This document shows positions 37,905 to 52,200 of a stretch of DNA of 64,000 bases, piece by piece. Source of the stretch: Callorhinchus milii (Eukaryota); NCBI RefSeq assembly GCF_018977255.1, contig NW_024704743.1, positions 22,570,001 through 22,634,000 of the forward strand. The letters run 5' to 3'. Position numbers and translations under genes: made by a program. How positions within the stretch are numbered: the stretch's first letter is position 1; each line of letters begins with the position of its first letter. The notes beneath the pieces are model-generated. The model had not been told where the DNA came from and searched no databases. It worked only from the letters and a program-made list of their open reading frames with translations.

Positions 37905-38940
37905 CTGACCACAGACAGTCATGAATTGGGTGACCAAATGATTAATATTTTTTTGAACCGATTATTACCCCCAGAAAAGCTATCTGACAACTGACTCACA
38001 ACCGGGTTCCTACTTATTCCAATTGGGTTTCTGTGCTGCCCACATAACGGAAACAGCCCTGGTCAAAGTCACTGACGACATTCTGTCCCTCTGCGACCAG
38101 GTTCTCTGCCGCCTTCGACACTATCAATCAGTCTATCCTCCTACACCACCTCTCTTCTCAGCTCAACCTTCACGGAGCTGCCCTCCCCGGTTCAAATCCT
38201 ACCTCTCATACTGTCTCCACCTTGTCTCCACTAACGGCTTCTCCTCCAGACCCTACACCATCATGTGTTGAGTTCCTCAGCCCTTGGTCCTCTACTTTTC
38301 AACATCTACGTGCTCCCTCTTGGTGACATCATTCGTAGACATGATCAACCTCAACTCCAGGACCACTCCTGCCCTCACAGACTGCCTGTCGGACATCAAG
38401 TCCTGGATAAGAGCTAACTTTCTCCAGTTGAATGTCAACAAGACCGAGGCCCTCATGCCTGGCTCCCGTCAGTGACAGCATCACCCTTCATGGATGCACT
38501 CTGCACCTACCGGAGCCAACATAGAATCTCAGCGTGCTGTTCGACCCTCAACTGTTCTTCATTCCCACATCCATGCCATGACCTTCTCCACCTTTCCCCA
38601 CCTCCACAACATTGCCCGGTTCTTCCACTATCTCACACTGCAGGCCACCGAGACCCTCATCACATCCAGGCTCGACTACGCAAACTCCCAGCTTGTCGGC
38701 CTCCCCAACCCCTCCCTCCACAGACTGCAGATTATCCAGAACTCTGCAGCCCGTGTCCTCTCCTGCACCAGGTTCCGCGACCCTATCACCCCATCCTCGC
38801 CCAACTCCATCACGCAAAGGATACAGTTCAAGATCCTGGTCCTCACCTTCAAAACCCTCCACTGCCTTGCTCCTCCTGTTTCGCCCTGCCCTCCTCTCGC
38901 TTGTGAGGCGAGTGCTCTAACCATTAAGCTATAGGACTCC
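37905..38940. mobile_element. Family A SINE (-) interrupted by an ~860-bp L2 ORF2 fragment (+, about 38020-38878)
   Basis: L2 peptides TETALVKVTDDIL, DIKSWIRANFLQLNVNKTE and RLDYAN...QRIQFKILVLTFK; SINE head at 38896-38940. Confidence 0.85.
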
Positions 38941-40532
38941 AATGAACACAGGAAACATTTTCTGAACTACAATATGGTTACATTTGGCACTATACAATTA
39001 GATTCATATTTCATTTTAATAGTATTTTCAGCATCTATAAAACATCTCAACATGGCTAAGTGATATTTTGACTCAATCTGCTAAATGTTCGCCCTTTCAA
39101 ATACCAAGTACCGGGAGGCCTTTTTTCTTCTCACTCATAATAGTCCAACTAAATTTAAAAAGCAATTTTGACATTGCACATATCCCCACAGGTCAAGTTG
39201 CTCCACATTTTATTCTGGAAGGCAGCAGTGAGTTTGCTATAAGCAGTTTTGGCAATATTGCTCCACTCCCACGCAATTCTTTAATCAAATACTGCTAGCA
39301 AACTTAGGCATCCTGACGGTCACTTCTCTCTCTGTGGCTATTGTTCAGTAGGTGGAAAATGCGATGTTATCACCAGTTCTTTTTGTGAATTTGTAGCCTT
39401 AGCAATGAAAATGGTTATTGGAAGCACTTATGGGATGGCAATTGCTTGGGATATGCTGGGACAGAAAGTTTGATGCTCAACTGAAATGTTTTAATAACGA
39501 TAATATTTGTATTTGATATAGCACCTTATCACGTCTTTGAGATGTTTTAAAGCGCTTCACAATTTATATTGTAAAGTAAATTGACTGTATATTTTGTGGG
39601 CGAAATGCGGCAAACAGTTGTGCACGGCAGTGTCCCACAAACAGCTGGGGATTGAGTTACCCAATTATTCTTTTGAAAAATTGTTGATCCCAATATTATG
39701 TTTGGTAGAAATGTGATAAAATGTCCAAATTAAACAAAGGTCATTTTAGACATTTATAAATAGTTCCACCACAAAAGCTTATGAAGTTATGGATTCATGA
39801 ATTGAAGACAATGTGGAACTGGAGAGAACCTGGTTGTTAGTCAATTGGGGGATTACTTTTCCAGGGGTAATAATCCCTTATCACGTTTTACATGTAGAGA
39901 GAATACATTTAAAGAATTGATCTGGGCAGGCTGGAGGAGGGGGTTGTCAGCGTTTGTTCACAAAATATACAGTCACTCTACATTACAGTAACTTGAAGTG
40001 CATTGATATGTTCTCCTGAAGTGAAAGTTGCTATATCAAATGCAAGAATTAAAAGGGGGCTCCTTGGAGCTGAACTGGCCGCACGATGACATACTTGGAA
40101 ATGGAATGTCAGAGTGGAGTCAATCCTCTGTGGCAGTCTCGGTAGTCTGGTTCCTGAACCAGGCGGGTCTGCAGTAATCCAGTGAACTATTGATGACATC
40201 CAGCTGACCGATTTACAGAATGTGGAGAGGTACACTAGGCACTGGAGGCTGGGATTCTTTCTACTCAGCTCCTGTTACGCCTCTGAAAGCCAAAGTCCTG
40301 ATAAAGAAGGATGCCATAGCTGGACAAGCAAGAAAGCTCGCCAGATGGTGCTTTCAATTACAAGATATGCAATTTTTTAAACTAAGGAATTAATTTGTCT
40401 TTATCTCTTTTTATTGCAACATTTCAGATTAGCCTCTTGTTTTACAACCAATACAAAAAGTATTACAGTCAAGGATTGAAAGCCGAATTGGTGTCTGAAT
40501 TTCTTTTCTTTGAAAAACTTACCAGGCATGTC

Positions 40533-41099
40533 ATCTTGGAACTGGCTCCAAGGTGACATGCCTGGCAATGGAATGTCGGAATCGAACCAGCTCTCTGCGG
40601 TGGTCTCGGTAGTCCCGTTCCTGAGCCAGGCGGGTCCACAGTATTCCAGGGCACGGCTGATGTCGGACAGCCAGCCTGGATCAGTGGCAGGATGGAAGGG
40701 CAGATCAGTCACTGAGGCCAGGGAATCATTCCACTCAGCTCCTGTTAACCATACAAGCCAAGGCCCTAACGGGTAGGGTAGTGCTCGATGGACAAGCAGC
40801 GGGAAAGCTTGTCAGACAGTGATATCAATGGCAAGCTATGCGGTTTTAGTTGGTTAGACTCCAGCAGTACCCCAACCCTCACTCTGGGGTCCCCAAGCCT
40901 TGGCTGTTGCCAACCTGCATCTAATACTTTCCGGAATTAGGTATATAGGATGTGTCCCTCCAGGGAGAGAGTGCGTATTCCATTCCAACATTCTCTCTCT
41001 GGGATTTCCATGTGTACGTGGGATGCATGGTTTGGATAGTCTTAAGTATGATAGGTTTCCGCACGTGTCAGAGACCCGGCTGACCCAATTTTTTTTTTT
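40533..41099 (+). repeat. Unclassified ~570-bp dispersed repeat; other copies at 22711-23158(+), 40056-40378(+), 48040-48278(-), 37520-37845(-), 12565-12681(-)
   Basis: Collinear shared blocks (GGAACTGGCTCCAA, TTCCTGAGCCAG, GGACAAGCAGC.GGAAAGCTTG, TCCAGCAGTACCCCAAC, CCAAGCCTTGGCT, CACGTGTCAGA) and an oligo-T end. Confidence 0.85.
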
Positions 41100-41315
41100 A
41101 AAAATGTTTGCCTTAATTTAACAAGCAAAGCAATAAATATTTAACACTATTAAACACTAACACTGTACCCGAGGATGACAATCTAACATTTAGATGGGAT
41201 TTATCTCAAATTTGTATCATAATAACATTTCTTTAGACACTGGGCCTTGAGAAAGTAGGATGCCCCAGAAGATCATAGGTTCAGAATCGATTTGGATGGT
41301 TTAAAAAAAACCTGT

Positions 41316-41685
41316 GGAGTCCTGTAGCTCAGTAGTTAGAGCACTCGCCTCGCAAGCGAGAGACCTGGCTTCTATTCCCGGCAGGGCAAAATGTCGGGTA
41401 AGTTTTCTTACTCCACACTCCTGTTTACCTAGCAATAAATAGGAACCCAGTTGTTAGTCGATTAGTGGATCGTTTTTCCGGGGATAATAATCCTTAAAAA
41501 AAACAATTATAATTTGGTCACTCAATCCATGACTGTTTGTGGGACACTGTTGTGCGCAATTGGCTGCCGCGTTTCGCCTACAAATGTACAGTCAATTCAC
41601 TTTACAGTATAATCTGCGAAGCACCTTGAGACGTCCAGAAGACGTGAAAAGCGCTATATCAAATGCAAGGATTATTATTATCATT
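41316..41685 (+). mobile_element. Family A tRNA-SINE, full length
   Basis: Head, body and (ATT)n tail. Confidence 0.92.
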
Positions 41686-41907
41686 AAAAGAGAACTAGAA
41701 AGATAGATATTAAGGAGGCGAGATATTAACGAATATGGAGAATGCACTAAGAAATTAGATTTTGACATATGTGCAACACGCTGGCCTACTCCTGTTCCTA
41801 TACTTATTCAATTTTTTTTTCTTTTCAAACTTCTGGCTGCGTAACCCAAATAGAGACATTTCTGCTGTGTCAAAATTAACACTTAAAATGTTTGTTATGG
41901 CCTATAT

Positions 41908-42243
41908 GGAGTCCTGCAGCTCAGTGGTTAGAGCACTCGCCTTACAAGTGAGACACCTGGGTTCAATTCCAGGCACAGGGCGAAACCTTGGGAAAGTTTC
42001 CTTACTCCACACAGAGCCTAATAATAATCCCTCCAAAAAACAAAACAATAATAAATTGGTCATTTTCAATCCACGACTGTTTGTGGGACACTGCTGTGCG
42101 CAATTGGCTGCCGCGTTTCGCCCACAAATATATGGTCAATTCAGTTTACAGCATATTCTGCGAAGCGCTTTGAGACGTCTAGAAGATGTGATAAGTGCTA
42201 TATCAAATGCAAGGATCATTATTATTATTATTATTATTATTAT
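41908..42243 (+). mobile_element. Family A tRNA-SINE, full length, with long (ATT)n tail
   Basis: A and B boxes intact. Confidence 0.92.
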
Positions 42244-42737
42244 GTCTGGCAGTCTGGCATGGAACAAATCCTGGGTTAAGCGTTGGGTCAGTCTGTGACA
42301 GGGCTTCTTAGGCCGACAATCAAGTAAAAAAAATCAAATTGAGCAAGTACACCAGGTGTGCTGACACCACTCCCAGTGGTTGAACTGTTGGTATTGATGG
42401 GATTGTTTCCACAAGTACAATAAAACAGCAACAGGCACAAGGGTATCTTCTCCCTTCCCTGAAGTCAGCTGATATTCAGTGCAACTCCTTTAGAAAGAGG
42501 CTGAGCAGATAAAGCTTCCTTTCCATCAACAGTGACCTGTGGCCTGCATATTAGAAGTGGCCCGCGGGACTGTCAAACAACTTTATTTTGTTGGCCGACT
42601 ACAAAGGTTAGCCACCCCTGCTTTACATTTTGGACTTTGCTTTTGTTTTGCTTAGCAAATAAATCAGATAAAACCCTGCACAAATATGAATTTTATAAAT
42701 GGAATGACTAGATTTTCATATCATGTTCTGTGCTTAC

Positions 42738-42846
42738 CGTTCCTCCAACAATTCTTCCCAAAGGATACCATGCTCTTTCATCAAACCAGTTTAGAAAATC
42801 ATAGAATCCATGAGTTGTGAGATAATGTGTTGAACGATAGTTAAAC
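42738..42846 (-). CDS. STT3B: STT3B exon 2 (109 nt): (W)[36 protein letters not shown]
   Basis: Read manually; acceptor CAG|G, donor ACG|GTAAGC; frame joins exons 1 and 3. Confidence 0.97.
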
Positions 42847-45464
42847 CTGCAAAACAAGAAAGAAAATTATGTTAAATAGATCATAAATCAAACTTAGGAC
42901 AAATACATCAACGTGAACCAAGGCTTCGAACTGCTTACATAATTACCACCGGATCTAATCTTTGTATTTTTCTTTACTGCTTTCACCCAAATAAATCAAT
43001 ATTTTATCAATTATTGCATTGATAAAAACAAGGGAACTATAGCAATTAAACCTCATATTTACTTAAAATAGCATAAGTAAAGGTTCAATTAAATACTGTT
43101 GTTTCAATCCTCAATATTCTACAATGGGGAGGAGAGCAAAGAGAACATTGTGAGACAGCTCACTCATTCATGGTTGGCTTGAGTCAGGTGCTTTGCTCCA
43201 CTTTAAATGTTTCACACCTTACTTCTTTGAACAGACAATCCAAGTAGATGCAATAGTACAATGTAATATGCACATAAAATGTATCAACATTTAGATTTTA
43301 GCAATAATACTTCGGAAAATTCGGCAAGTTATTCAAAGTACCATATCAACAGAGATACACAAACTGTTGAGCAAAGATGTCTAGATTCTCCAGGGCAGTT
43401 GTGCCCAACCTGTGGTATGGGAACCGTCAAGCAACCCCCAGCCTCCCACTCCGAACATTTGCACAGGTTTAGGTAAGTCCATGTTCATTCAGTAGTGTGT
43501 TTCAGTTTTTATTGATTGAATATTTCTTGATTTATGGTATATATATTTAGAGTATAAATTGTTCCATTAGCTGCAGATAACTCATCCAGAGCAAAAGGTC
43601 CAGTGTGCTTCCACCTTCCCAAAACAAATTAAATACTGGATGAAGCATTTGGAAATCAATATGAACCCCACCATGAGCTCAGAAAGACTTTGTGGGTAAC
43701 AATATGGTTCCAAAAACAATGCCTAAGAAGGTGCTAAAGGTAGACAATGATTGATGACTTGATTAATGAAAGCCAGCTCTTGCTGACAAGTGCATGGGTA
43801 GTCATATCCAAACTCCACTTAAGGATGTGAATCAGTAATGACCGAACCTTTGATCAATTCCAAGCCGATAGCAACTACTACAGTGAGGGTGGTGCCTGCT
43901 TAGCGGTTGATGTTTCCATGATGTCTATCTCCTCGCTTGCAGATGAGAAGAGCTAAGACAGCAGGTAGTCTACCACCAACTGATGCTGTATGCAATTTTG
44001 CACCCAAAGTCAGCTATTTGAATTCACACTAACACTTCCACAACCACTGTACAGCTCCAGTTTATATTTCCATGCTTAATACAATGCAAAATTACATTTG
44101 TATAGCGCCTTTCGCTCTGTTAGAATGTCCCAAGGCACTGGACAGTCAGAGATTGGGACCTGAGGGTGGGGGTGCGTTGGGAAGAGGGAGGGTGGCCGAA
44201 GGCGGGATCGAAATGGAGGGTCTTGAGAAGTGCCTTGAAGAAAGCAAGGGAGGGAGCGAGGCTAAATATTTATGTCTAAATATTAAAAGTAAAATATAGG
44301 TGTTAAAGAATTACAATTCACATTTGCATAAGAAATTTAAATTTAACCCAGTTCAACATGGAACATAAATGCAAAATTTGCAAAGCTGAATGGGGGAGTG
44401 TCTATTTACTGTTTACAAACAGAACTGGATGTGGTATACATCTACAATAATGCAGTGCCATTATTTTTAAAACGGAAAGGTTAAACGTTTTGCTGCATTT
44501 TCTGGTAATCTTTTTTTTAAAAAATCAAGAAGTCAAATAGTTTCTAAGGATGTGTATCAGCGATTAGAATATTAACTAGTATTAACAACCACAGCATATT
44601 ACTTTGAATCATTCAAGCTACAACAAGTCTAATCTGTCAGGTTATCAATTGAAATACAACAGGGCTCTTGCCTTCCCAATAGATTTTTTTTTAAATTACA
44701 CATTTTAAAAAAAAATCCATTTCAAATTATTGCAATAGTTTATATTTTAATAAAACACTCAAATAACACACTTTAGTCACTCCTGATGAAATCTCAGGAA
44801 ACTGTGTGCATAATGAACCTGCTGTCATGACGGCACAATTGTTAATCCTACTGCACGAACATCCTTATTTATCAGGAACACAAAATACGTTGATTTTCAG
44901 TACCTACACTTGACTTGAATTTCCAGTGAAAATGTGATTAATGCAGGCTTGTCTTTTCAAAATAAAAGGTATCCACAAGATAATATTGAGCGACCTGAAG
45001 GTGTGCAGCACGTCATGAACTGGAGCCATCTTGCATATACGAATTAGGAGAAACTCAATGCAATCCAGTATCTGCATTCTCAATCCTCAACATACATATT
45101 CTGTACCAGTAACGCAACACAACTGTTCATTTACTACCAATAGTTTAATTCAATGTATCTTTCTGAGACAGCTGGCAGAAAAGACCACAATGTCAAAGCA
45201 ATTCAGATTCTACATTGTGCTCAGTCATGCAAACTGGTTAAAAAAATACACCTGTACTGCATTTATTTACTTTGGCTGAAGGGAACATTAAATAAGATAA
45301 TAAAATAATCCTCTCTGGATGTAACCTTCTGCTAATGCTGTACATAGAATGAGCTTTTTAAAATACGTATATTTTTCAAAGCATTAGAAAAGGGTGCTAA
45401 AATGTTCTTGTGATAAATTTGTGGTTTCAAAAAGGGCAACGAGTCCAAAAATATTGCCAGCAAT

Positions 45465-46275
45465 TACAGCAAAATTACATTTGTATACAGTGCCTATCAC
45501 GTCAGAAGGATGTCCCAAGGCACTGGACAATCAGCGTTTCAGATCCAAGCTGGGAGTCAGCATCGGGCGGGGAAGGAGGGTCGCCGAAGGCACGCTTGAA
45601 GAGGAGGTCTTCAAGGAGGCAAGGGAGGGTGTGAGGCAGATGGATTGCAGAATGGAGTTCCAGAGGGTGGGGGCAGAGTGGCAGAAGGCCCACCCGCTAA
45701 AGGTGGGGCGGGCGAGGTGGGGGACGCGAAGCAGGCCAGAGACCGCTGAGCGGAAGGAGGGGGCAGGTTGATAGGGGGTCAGGAGGCTGCAGAGGTAGGC
45801 GGGAGCAAGGCCATGGAGGGCTTTGAAGGTGAGGACCAGGATCTTGAACTGTATCCTCTCTGTGATGGGAAGCCAGTGGAGTTGGGTGAGGATGGGGGTG
45901 ATAGGATCACTGAATCTGTTGCGGGAGAGGACACAGGCTGCAGAGTTCTGGATGATCTGAAGCTTATGGAGGGAGGAGCTGGAGAGGCTGACAAGCAGGG
46001 AGTTAGCGTAGTTGAGCCTGGGTGTTATGAATGCGTGTATGAGGGTCTTGGCAGCCTGCGGTGTGAGACGGTGGTGGAGCCGGGTGATGTTGCGGAGGTG
46101 GGGGAACGTAGAGCAGGGTATGGCACAGATGTGGGGTAGTTGAGGGTCAAAGAAGATGACAAGTTTCTGGACTGGCTTAGTAAGGTGTAGTGTGAATCCT
46201 TGGATGGTGATGTTGTCTGAGGTGTGGAGGCGCTGATGGGAGGGCCTCGGTCTTGTTGAGGTTTAATTACATTAA
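45465..46275 (-). mobile_element. L2 LINE 3' fragment
   Basis: Same family as 19785-20380, with tail. Confidence 0.9.
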
Positions 46276-48649
46276 ACTCCTCCATAAAAAAATGCAGTGG
46301 GATATTCATTATTCTTCATAACCTGTTGCTGTGAACCACTAAATGTGCTCTCATTTTAGTATGATATTCCCATACTGAAAATCAGTAAAAGATTATGAAA
46401 AATTCCACTGTAGTCTGTATGGATGAATTCTCAATAAACTCTAACACAAACATCTCTGACACAAACATTCAGCCGAAGTCAATGTTAATATTTTAGCAAT
46501 TCCACATTTGAGCTCTATCCATAAAATCCTAGTGGTAAATGTTAGATTACATTATTTGTAGTATTTTAATCTCAGATTTTCCTTAAACTTAAAACCATGT
46601 AAATTAGTGGCACAGTGCATTCTGCATTTCACAAGGCTATACTTAATTTGCTTAAAATGCAAACTACTGTGATCATGCAACCCATGATGACACTTTAATA
46701 AACAATCTAGATTTCAAAATTTCGCTATAAGAGTTAATGTCACATTTGGGTACTTTTAAAAATCACTCACATTTTTCTGCAAGTTTGTCATAGAATATGC
46801 TTTGAATATTGAAAAGCAAATCTCACTAAAATCTTTTAAAACATCAAAGACATGGTTTTGTCCAGATTTTATTTAAGCAGATTATTCACTACATTTTCTC
46901 TCACAAAGCTGAGCCACATTTAAAAGCCTTATAATGACAAAGTGGTAAGGTAACATATTGATTCAGTAATGTCCTGTGCCATAGATTTGATGTGGACTCT
47001 CACACAATTTCCCATTTGCTAGTTTTCTGATTTCAACACTGCTGCCGTGAGACATGTGCCAAATGAAAGTCAGCCATTTCCACAGAGAGAAAGTGGGAGA
47101 AAGAGAAAGGGGGAGAAATGATGAGAAGTTGGCTCTAGTTCCAATATGTCCTTGGGTATTTCCTGGCAGATGATCACAGCAGTATCAGCCGCCTAAGAAC
47201 AAGTTCCTATCCACTCTTTCAGAGGGAACAGTGAAGATGTACCATTTTTTAAAAGCGACGATCATTCTTTCTTTTCATTTTATTTTGACTGATTTTTGCT
47301 TAAAACACATGGTTTTGTCCAGATTTTCTTTAAGAAGGTTATTTACTCCATATAAACAATAAATATTGAGATAATTGTCAGAGAATCAAGCTAATAACCC
47401 CGCCAGTGTGAAGAAGACAAATTAACATGCACAGCTGAATTTTAAGCAAATACCAGATCAAAGGAAAGATACATCTGGGATAAGCTTTCGCACCTAGATT
47501 TACTGAAGCTACATTTTTTTTAAAAAACCCACAGGATGCACATTTGCTGGGATGCTTTGTCGAACCATCCATTTCCTTAGTAAGGCAGAAAATATGCTGC
47601 TGCAATACCAAACAAGCTTTGGAATCCTTCTCATCATTAACATTAACATCTTTCAAGTTTGATTTGAGGACAGAAATAGATCTCTTTTTCATAATATGAC
47701 AAACCATTGCATAGCAAAATGCTGCTTTGCTGGTGGTATCATTTTAAGATAAAGATTTACTGGTATCACTAGCTTTTTAACTGGACTCCAATATTTATAA
47801 ATCCTGAATGTTGCAGCATAAAAGCATTTGAAACAATGCAAGTCAATGTTCTTACATGATACACCACAATTCTTAACGCAAACACATGGTACAGAAATCA
47901 GACAAAAACAGTTATGCCGACTACCAAACCAATTTGTACCAGCTGCATGAAATTAAGTTTACCAACATGTATTCTTATACACATATTTATAGAAATTCAC
48001 ACAAACATATACACACACACACACACAATCTTTCGTCATTCAGCGTCAGACACACGCGGAAACCATCACCGTGCGTAAGAATATTCAAAATGGACAGAGT
48101 TACATGAGTGCCAGTTGGACATGGAAATTCGAGTAATGGGATGCACACTCTCTCCCTGGAGGGATGCTTCCTGCTTACCTAACTGCAGAGCGTATTAGGC
48201 GTAGTTTGGCAAGAGCCAAGGTTTGGGGACCCCGGCGAGTGCGTTGGGGGTACTGCCGAAGTTAAACAAGCTAAAACACATGTTAGAATATAAAAATAGA
48301 ATATAAAGTTAAATAAAAGGATTGATATGCATAAAATTTCGCTCATTAAAAATGGCACTGCAGCAACAGCAAAATTTGTGGCCGAATGTCTGATTTGGAA
48401 AAGTGCTCCATTTTGTCACTTCCCATCAGTTCAGATCCCAAACTACACCGTCTCCCATTATTGGGCAGGTCTTGTCCAAATTGTCCCGCCAAAGGACTTA
48501 TAATAAATAACTATCTCTGAGCTTGGTATAGCACTTTATCACACTGTCACAAAGCATTTCACAAGATTTATTGCAAAATGTTGTGACTGCGAACTTGTAG
48601 GCAAATGCAACAATAAATTAGCCGTCAGCAATGTCCCACATCAGCCATG

Positions 48650-49200
48650 TACAACATCAAACTGCATTTAAGTCATTCAAGTCGAGAGAACATCCCAAGT
48701 GAAGGGTTTGCACCCGACCTGTGGGTTGGAGTCAAGAGGGATGGAGGACAAGGGAGGTGGAGGTGGATGACCGAAGGTACGGTCAAAGTGGAAGCTCTTG
48801 TGACGAGCATTAAAGGAAGCAAGGGACGGGGCAAGGCAGAGGGGCTCTGGGATGGAGTTCCAGAGGGTGGGGGTGGAAAAGCTGAAGATCCGACCTCCAA
48901 TGGTAGAACAGGCAGGGCGGGGACATGGGAGTAGACTGCCATGTTTTAATAGGTTACAGAGGTGGGAAGGAGCAAGACCTTGGAGGGCTTTAAAAGTGAG
49001 GACTAGGATTTTGAACTCAATCCCCTGGGGGATGGGAGTGATCGGCCCACAGAGTTTATTGCGAGAGAGATCACGAGCTGTAGAGTTCTGAATAATCTGC
49101 AGTTTGTAGAAGGAAAAGCTGGAAAGTTCTGCGAGCAGTCAAGCCTGGACGTAATAGCATGGATGAGGGTCTCGGTGGCCTGAGGGGAGAGACAATGAGG
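48650..49200 (-). mobile_element. L2 fragment; further L2 remnants at about 12700-12890(+), 34240-34720(-), 44085-44262(-), 51255-52270(-), 54570-54850(-), 55210-55465(-), 57240-57470(+)
   Basis: ATETLIHAITSRLD / FDTVDH / LQLNMDKME peptides and shared tails. Confidence 0.8.
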
Positions 49201-52200
49201 TGAACACCCAATTTTATCTGGGGAATTGTTGGTCAGGGACCAGGCGAAACTCCCTTTGCTTATCACATTTCATACAATGATTTGCAATAAAAAAAAGTGA
49301 AAATAATGAATCGGACAAAAACATTTTGCACAATCTCAATATTTCATGGATCTTGAGGCATCTTGATGGGTGTTGAGCAATCATGTATCTGAATTTCTAC
49401 AAAGATTATCATATTACCATAGCCAAAGTATCTAAAGAGGGAAGTGGGTGGGGTTGGGGTGTGATGCTGGAGTTAGATAGAAGATCAGCCATGATTGAAT
49501 GGCGGGGCAGGCTCGAAGGGCCGAATGGCCTACTCCTGCATGTTATGTTAAGTAAGAGTAGTTGAAGGCATCCAAGTCAAAATCATCGAGTGGTTCCTTA
49601 TCACAGTCATCACAGTAAAGGCTCAAAACCACACAGAACAGGTGGTAGATACTGAGTGGAAGTTGGTAAATGCAATGCCTTGTTTATAAAGACATTGCGT
49701 AGTCTGAAGAGGAACTCTGCAGGCTCCATTTTATACACAAAGTAAAAATCTTCACAACAAAGGAAAATGTATATTTAAATATTTTAAGCATATTCAAACT
49801 ATAACAACAACTTGCACTTACGTAACGCCCTCCACACAGGGTACCGTCTCAGAGTGCTTAATAAACTAATATAATTACTACAATCTAGAAATCAATTTGC
49901 TAGATTTTCTGACCTCTGAAACCTAGAGATATAATTCACAAACTAGTAAAACTTGCAAATGACTTTAAAACCCCAAATAAAGGAATGTCTTGAATACAGA
50001 ACTGACACATTCACAGATCTTGAAGCATATAAAGAATTCACCTGTAGGAAATTAGGACACATCTTTGCATAGTTTGAATATGAATAAAAACATTTGTTTT
50101 AAAAAACTGAATTGTATAGCAAATAATACTAACAGTGACTTTATTGAAAAATGAAAGCTGTACAATGCTCCCAAATCTATTGTGCTTTTCCACGTTACTG
50201 CACACCCAACTATGGTACAAATGGATCATCTACTTTACTAATTTTGACATATCTGTGTTGGCACAAGAGCTGTTACTAAACTACAATCTGTAAAATTATG
50301 TTGTCCCTGAAAAGATCTAATCAAGACAATATTGTAGTTTCTAGCAGTAGACAATTGGCCTATATAGTGTACCCATCCAACTTCCTACATGTCCTTTGAC
50401 ACATTGGTTATCTAAAAACAACTTGCCTCATTCTTTTTTGAAATCCTTTATAATTTTTGAAAGCTTCCCTGTTGTATGAGTGTTTGTTTCACATTCCTAA
50501 CACGCATTTGCATAAAAACGTCCTGTAGTTCCTTTATGCTTCCTTTTCAAACTCATGTTCAATTGGGACTTATTACAGTAAGCTTAGCATTTTCTTCCGC
50601 AGGCCCCTGATGCCAAAAAGACCTAATCCAGCTGGGCACAGAGAATTTAAGAATTGTATGTAACATCAGGAAGACCACTCGCACTAGAGAACTGGCCACA
50701 GTTGATTATGTCAAGAATTGACATTACTTGCTCGGCAAGATTTTGTTCTGTGTGGCAAGTGTGTGAATGGAGGGGATGGGTTAGAAGAGGAAGTTGCCCA
50801 ATTTACTAAGCCACTTTCCCATAGTATCCAAATTTGAAACAGACCCATTGCCGACCACAGACAATGATTGGACCTGCTCCAAACAGTATTAACACACATA
50901 CAACACCTGTGCATTCAGCCTTCACATTAATTGTGCATTGGTTAGTTCAATTAGAAGCATTGCCAGTGGCAGATTATTGAAAACATTATGTACAGCTTCC
51001 TCGTCTAATGGAGCATTAACCCACAGCAGTACTTAAAACTCAATACTCAAGCGTTGCTTTAGACTGGCACATCTGACAACAAAATAACTTTTTTTTAATA
51101 AAAAGAAAGCCAGTATCTGAGCTCTGTCATTCCAGAGCTACTATCTTTTGTGCGAATAACATCCCATAAAAATGAATCTCTTGTATCAAAAATGTTTGGC
51201 TGCTATTCTAATTCCCAAGTCTTTCTGAGACAAGATTTACTAGTTCTCCAGTTGAGACAACCTCCCAACACGAAGGGTAACGTCCGAGTGTTTCACATGT
51301 GTGGCCAAAGTGGTAGGTTTTGAGGTGGGTTTTTAAAGACAGAAGCTGGATGAACAGGTAGAGGGAGGGTGTTCCGGAAATTAGGGGGTTGAATCTAAAC
51401 GCTTGGCCACCAATGCCCACGTTGAAGCCAGTGAAGCTTGATGAGGACTAGGATAGGCTGTAGTGGGAGGTAACATGGCTTGAATAAAGATTCGGGCTGA
51501 ATTTGGTGGCAGAGGTGGTCCACGAGATGGAAGTAAAGGAAAGCGGTCTTGGCCAGGGACTAGATGCAAGGGAAAAAACGAGAGCTGAGGATTGAACCAG
51601 CCTCAAGGCTGCACACTGGTTCAATAAGTTTAAGAAAAACACCAGGGAGATTGAGGAGGTCAGAGCAGGAAGAGAGAAAACGTTGGTAGAAGCCAAGAAA
51701 GATGGTTTCCATTTTATCCATATTGAGTTGTAGGGAGTTGTGGATCATCCAGGTCTTGATGTCTAACTGCTAAGTGGATGGATCAGTGGAAAGTTGAAGT
51801 GGAAAATGATCTTGGACATCATCCACATACATGTAGGCATTGGCCCTATGTCTACAGATGACATTACCAAGAGGGAGCATGTAGCTAAGGAAAAGGAGAG
51901 CTTCGAAGTACTCCGCACGTGACTGCGAGAGTAGGAGAAACTGATAAGAGAAGATAAACTGGAGGCTTTGGATCAGGCAGGGTTGAAACCAAGAGGGTGC
52001 AGTCTTAAGAGATAAGGGAAGAGAACCAATCAAGGAGGATGAAGTGGTCAACGGTATCAAAAGTGACAGAGAGGTAAAGGAAAATAAGAGGCAGACGGAG
52101 CCCGGTCGAGAAGAGCAAATATATCCTTGGTGACTTTGATGAGGTCGCTTGGTGCTGTGGGCAGAGCAGTATCTGGACTGAGCAGGAAGTGTAGTGACAG

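Noticed and set aside
41908..41985. tRNA-Ala-like genes at the SINE heads (also 11097, 22545, 41316, 53761)
   Set aside because: Each continues into a SINE body and tail, the acceptor stems are imperfect and the anticodons vary between copies
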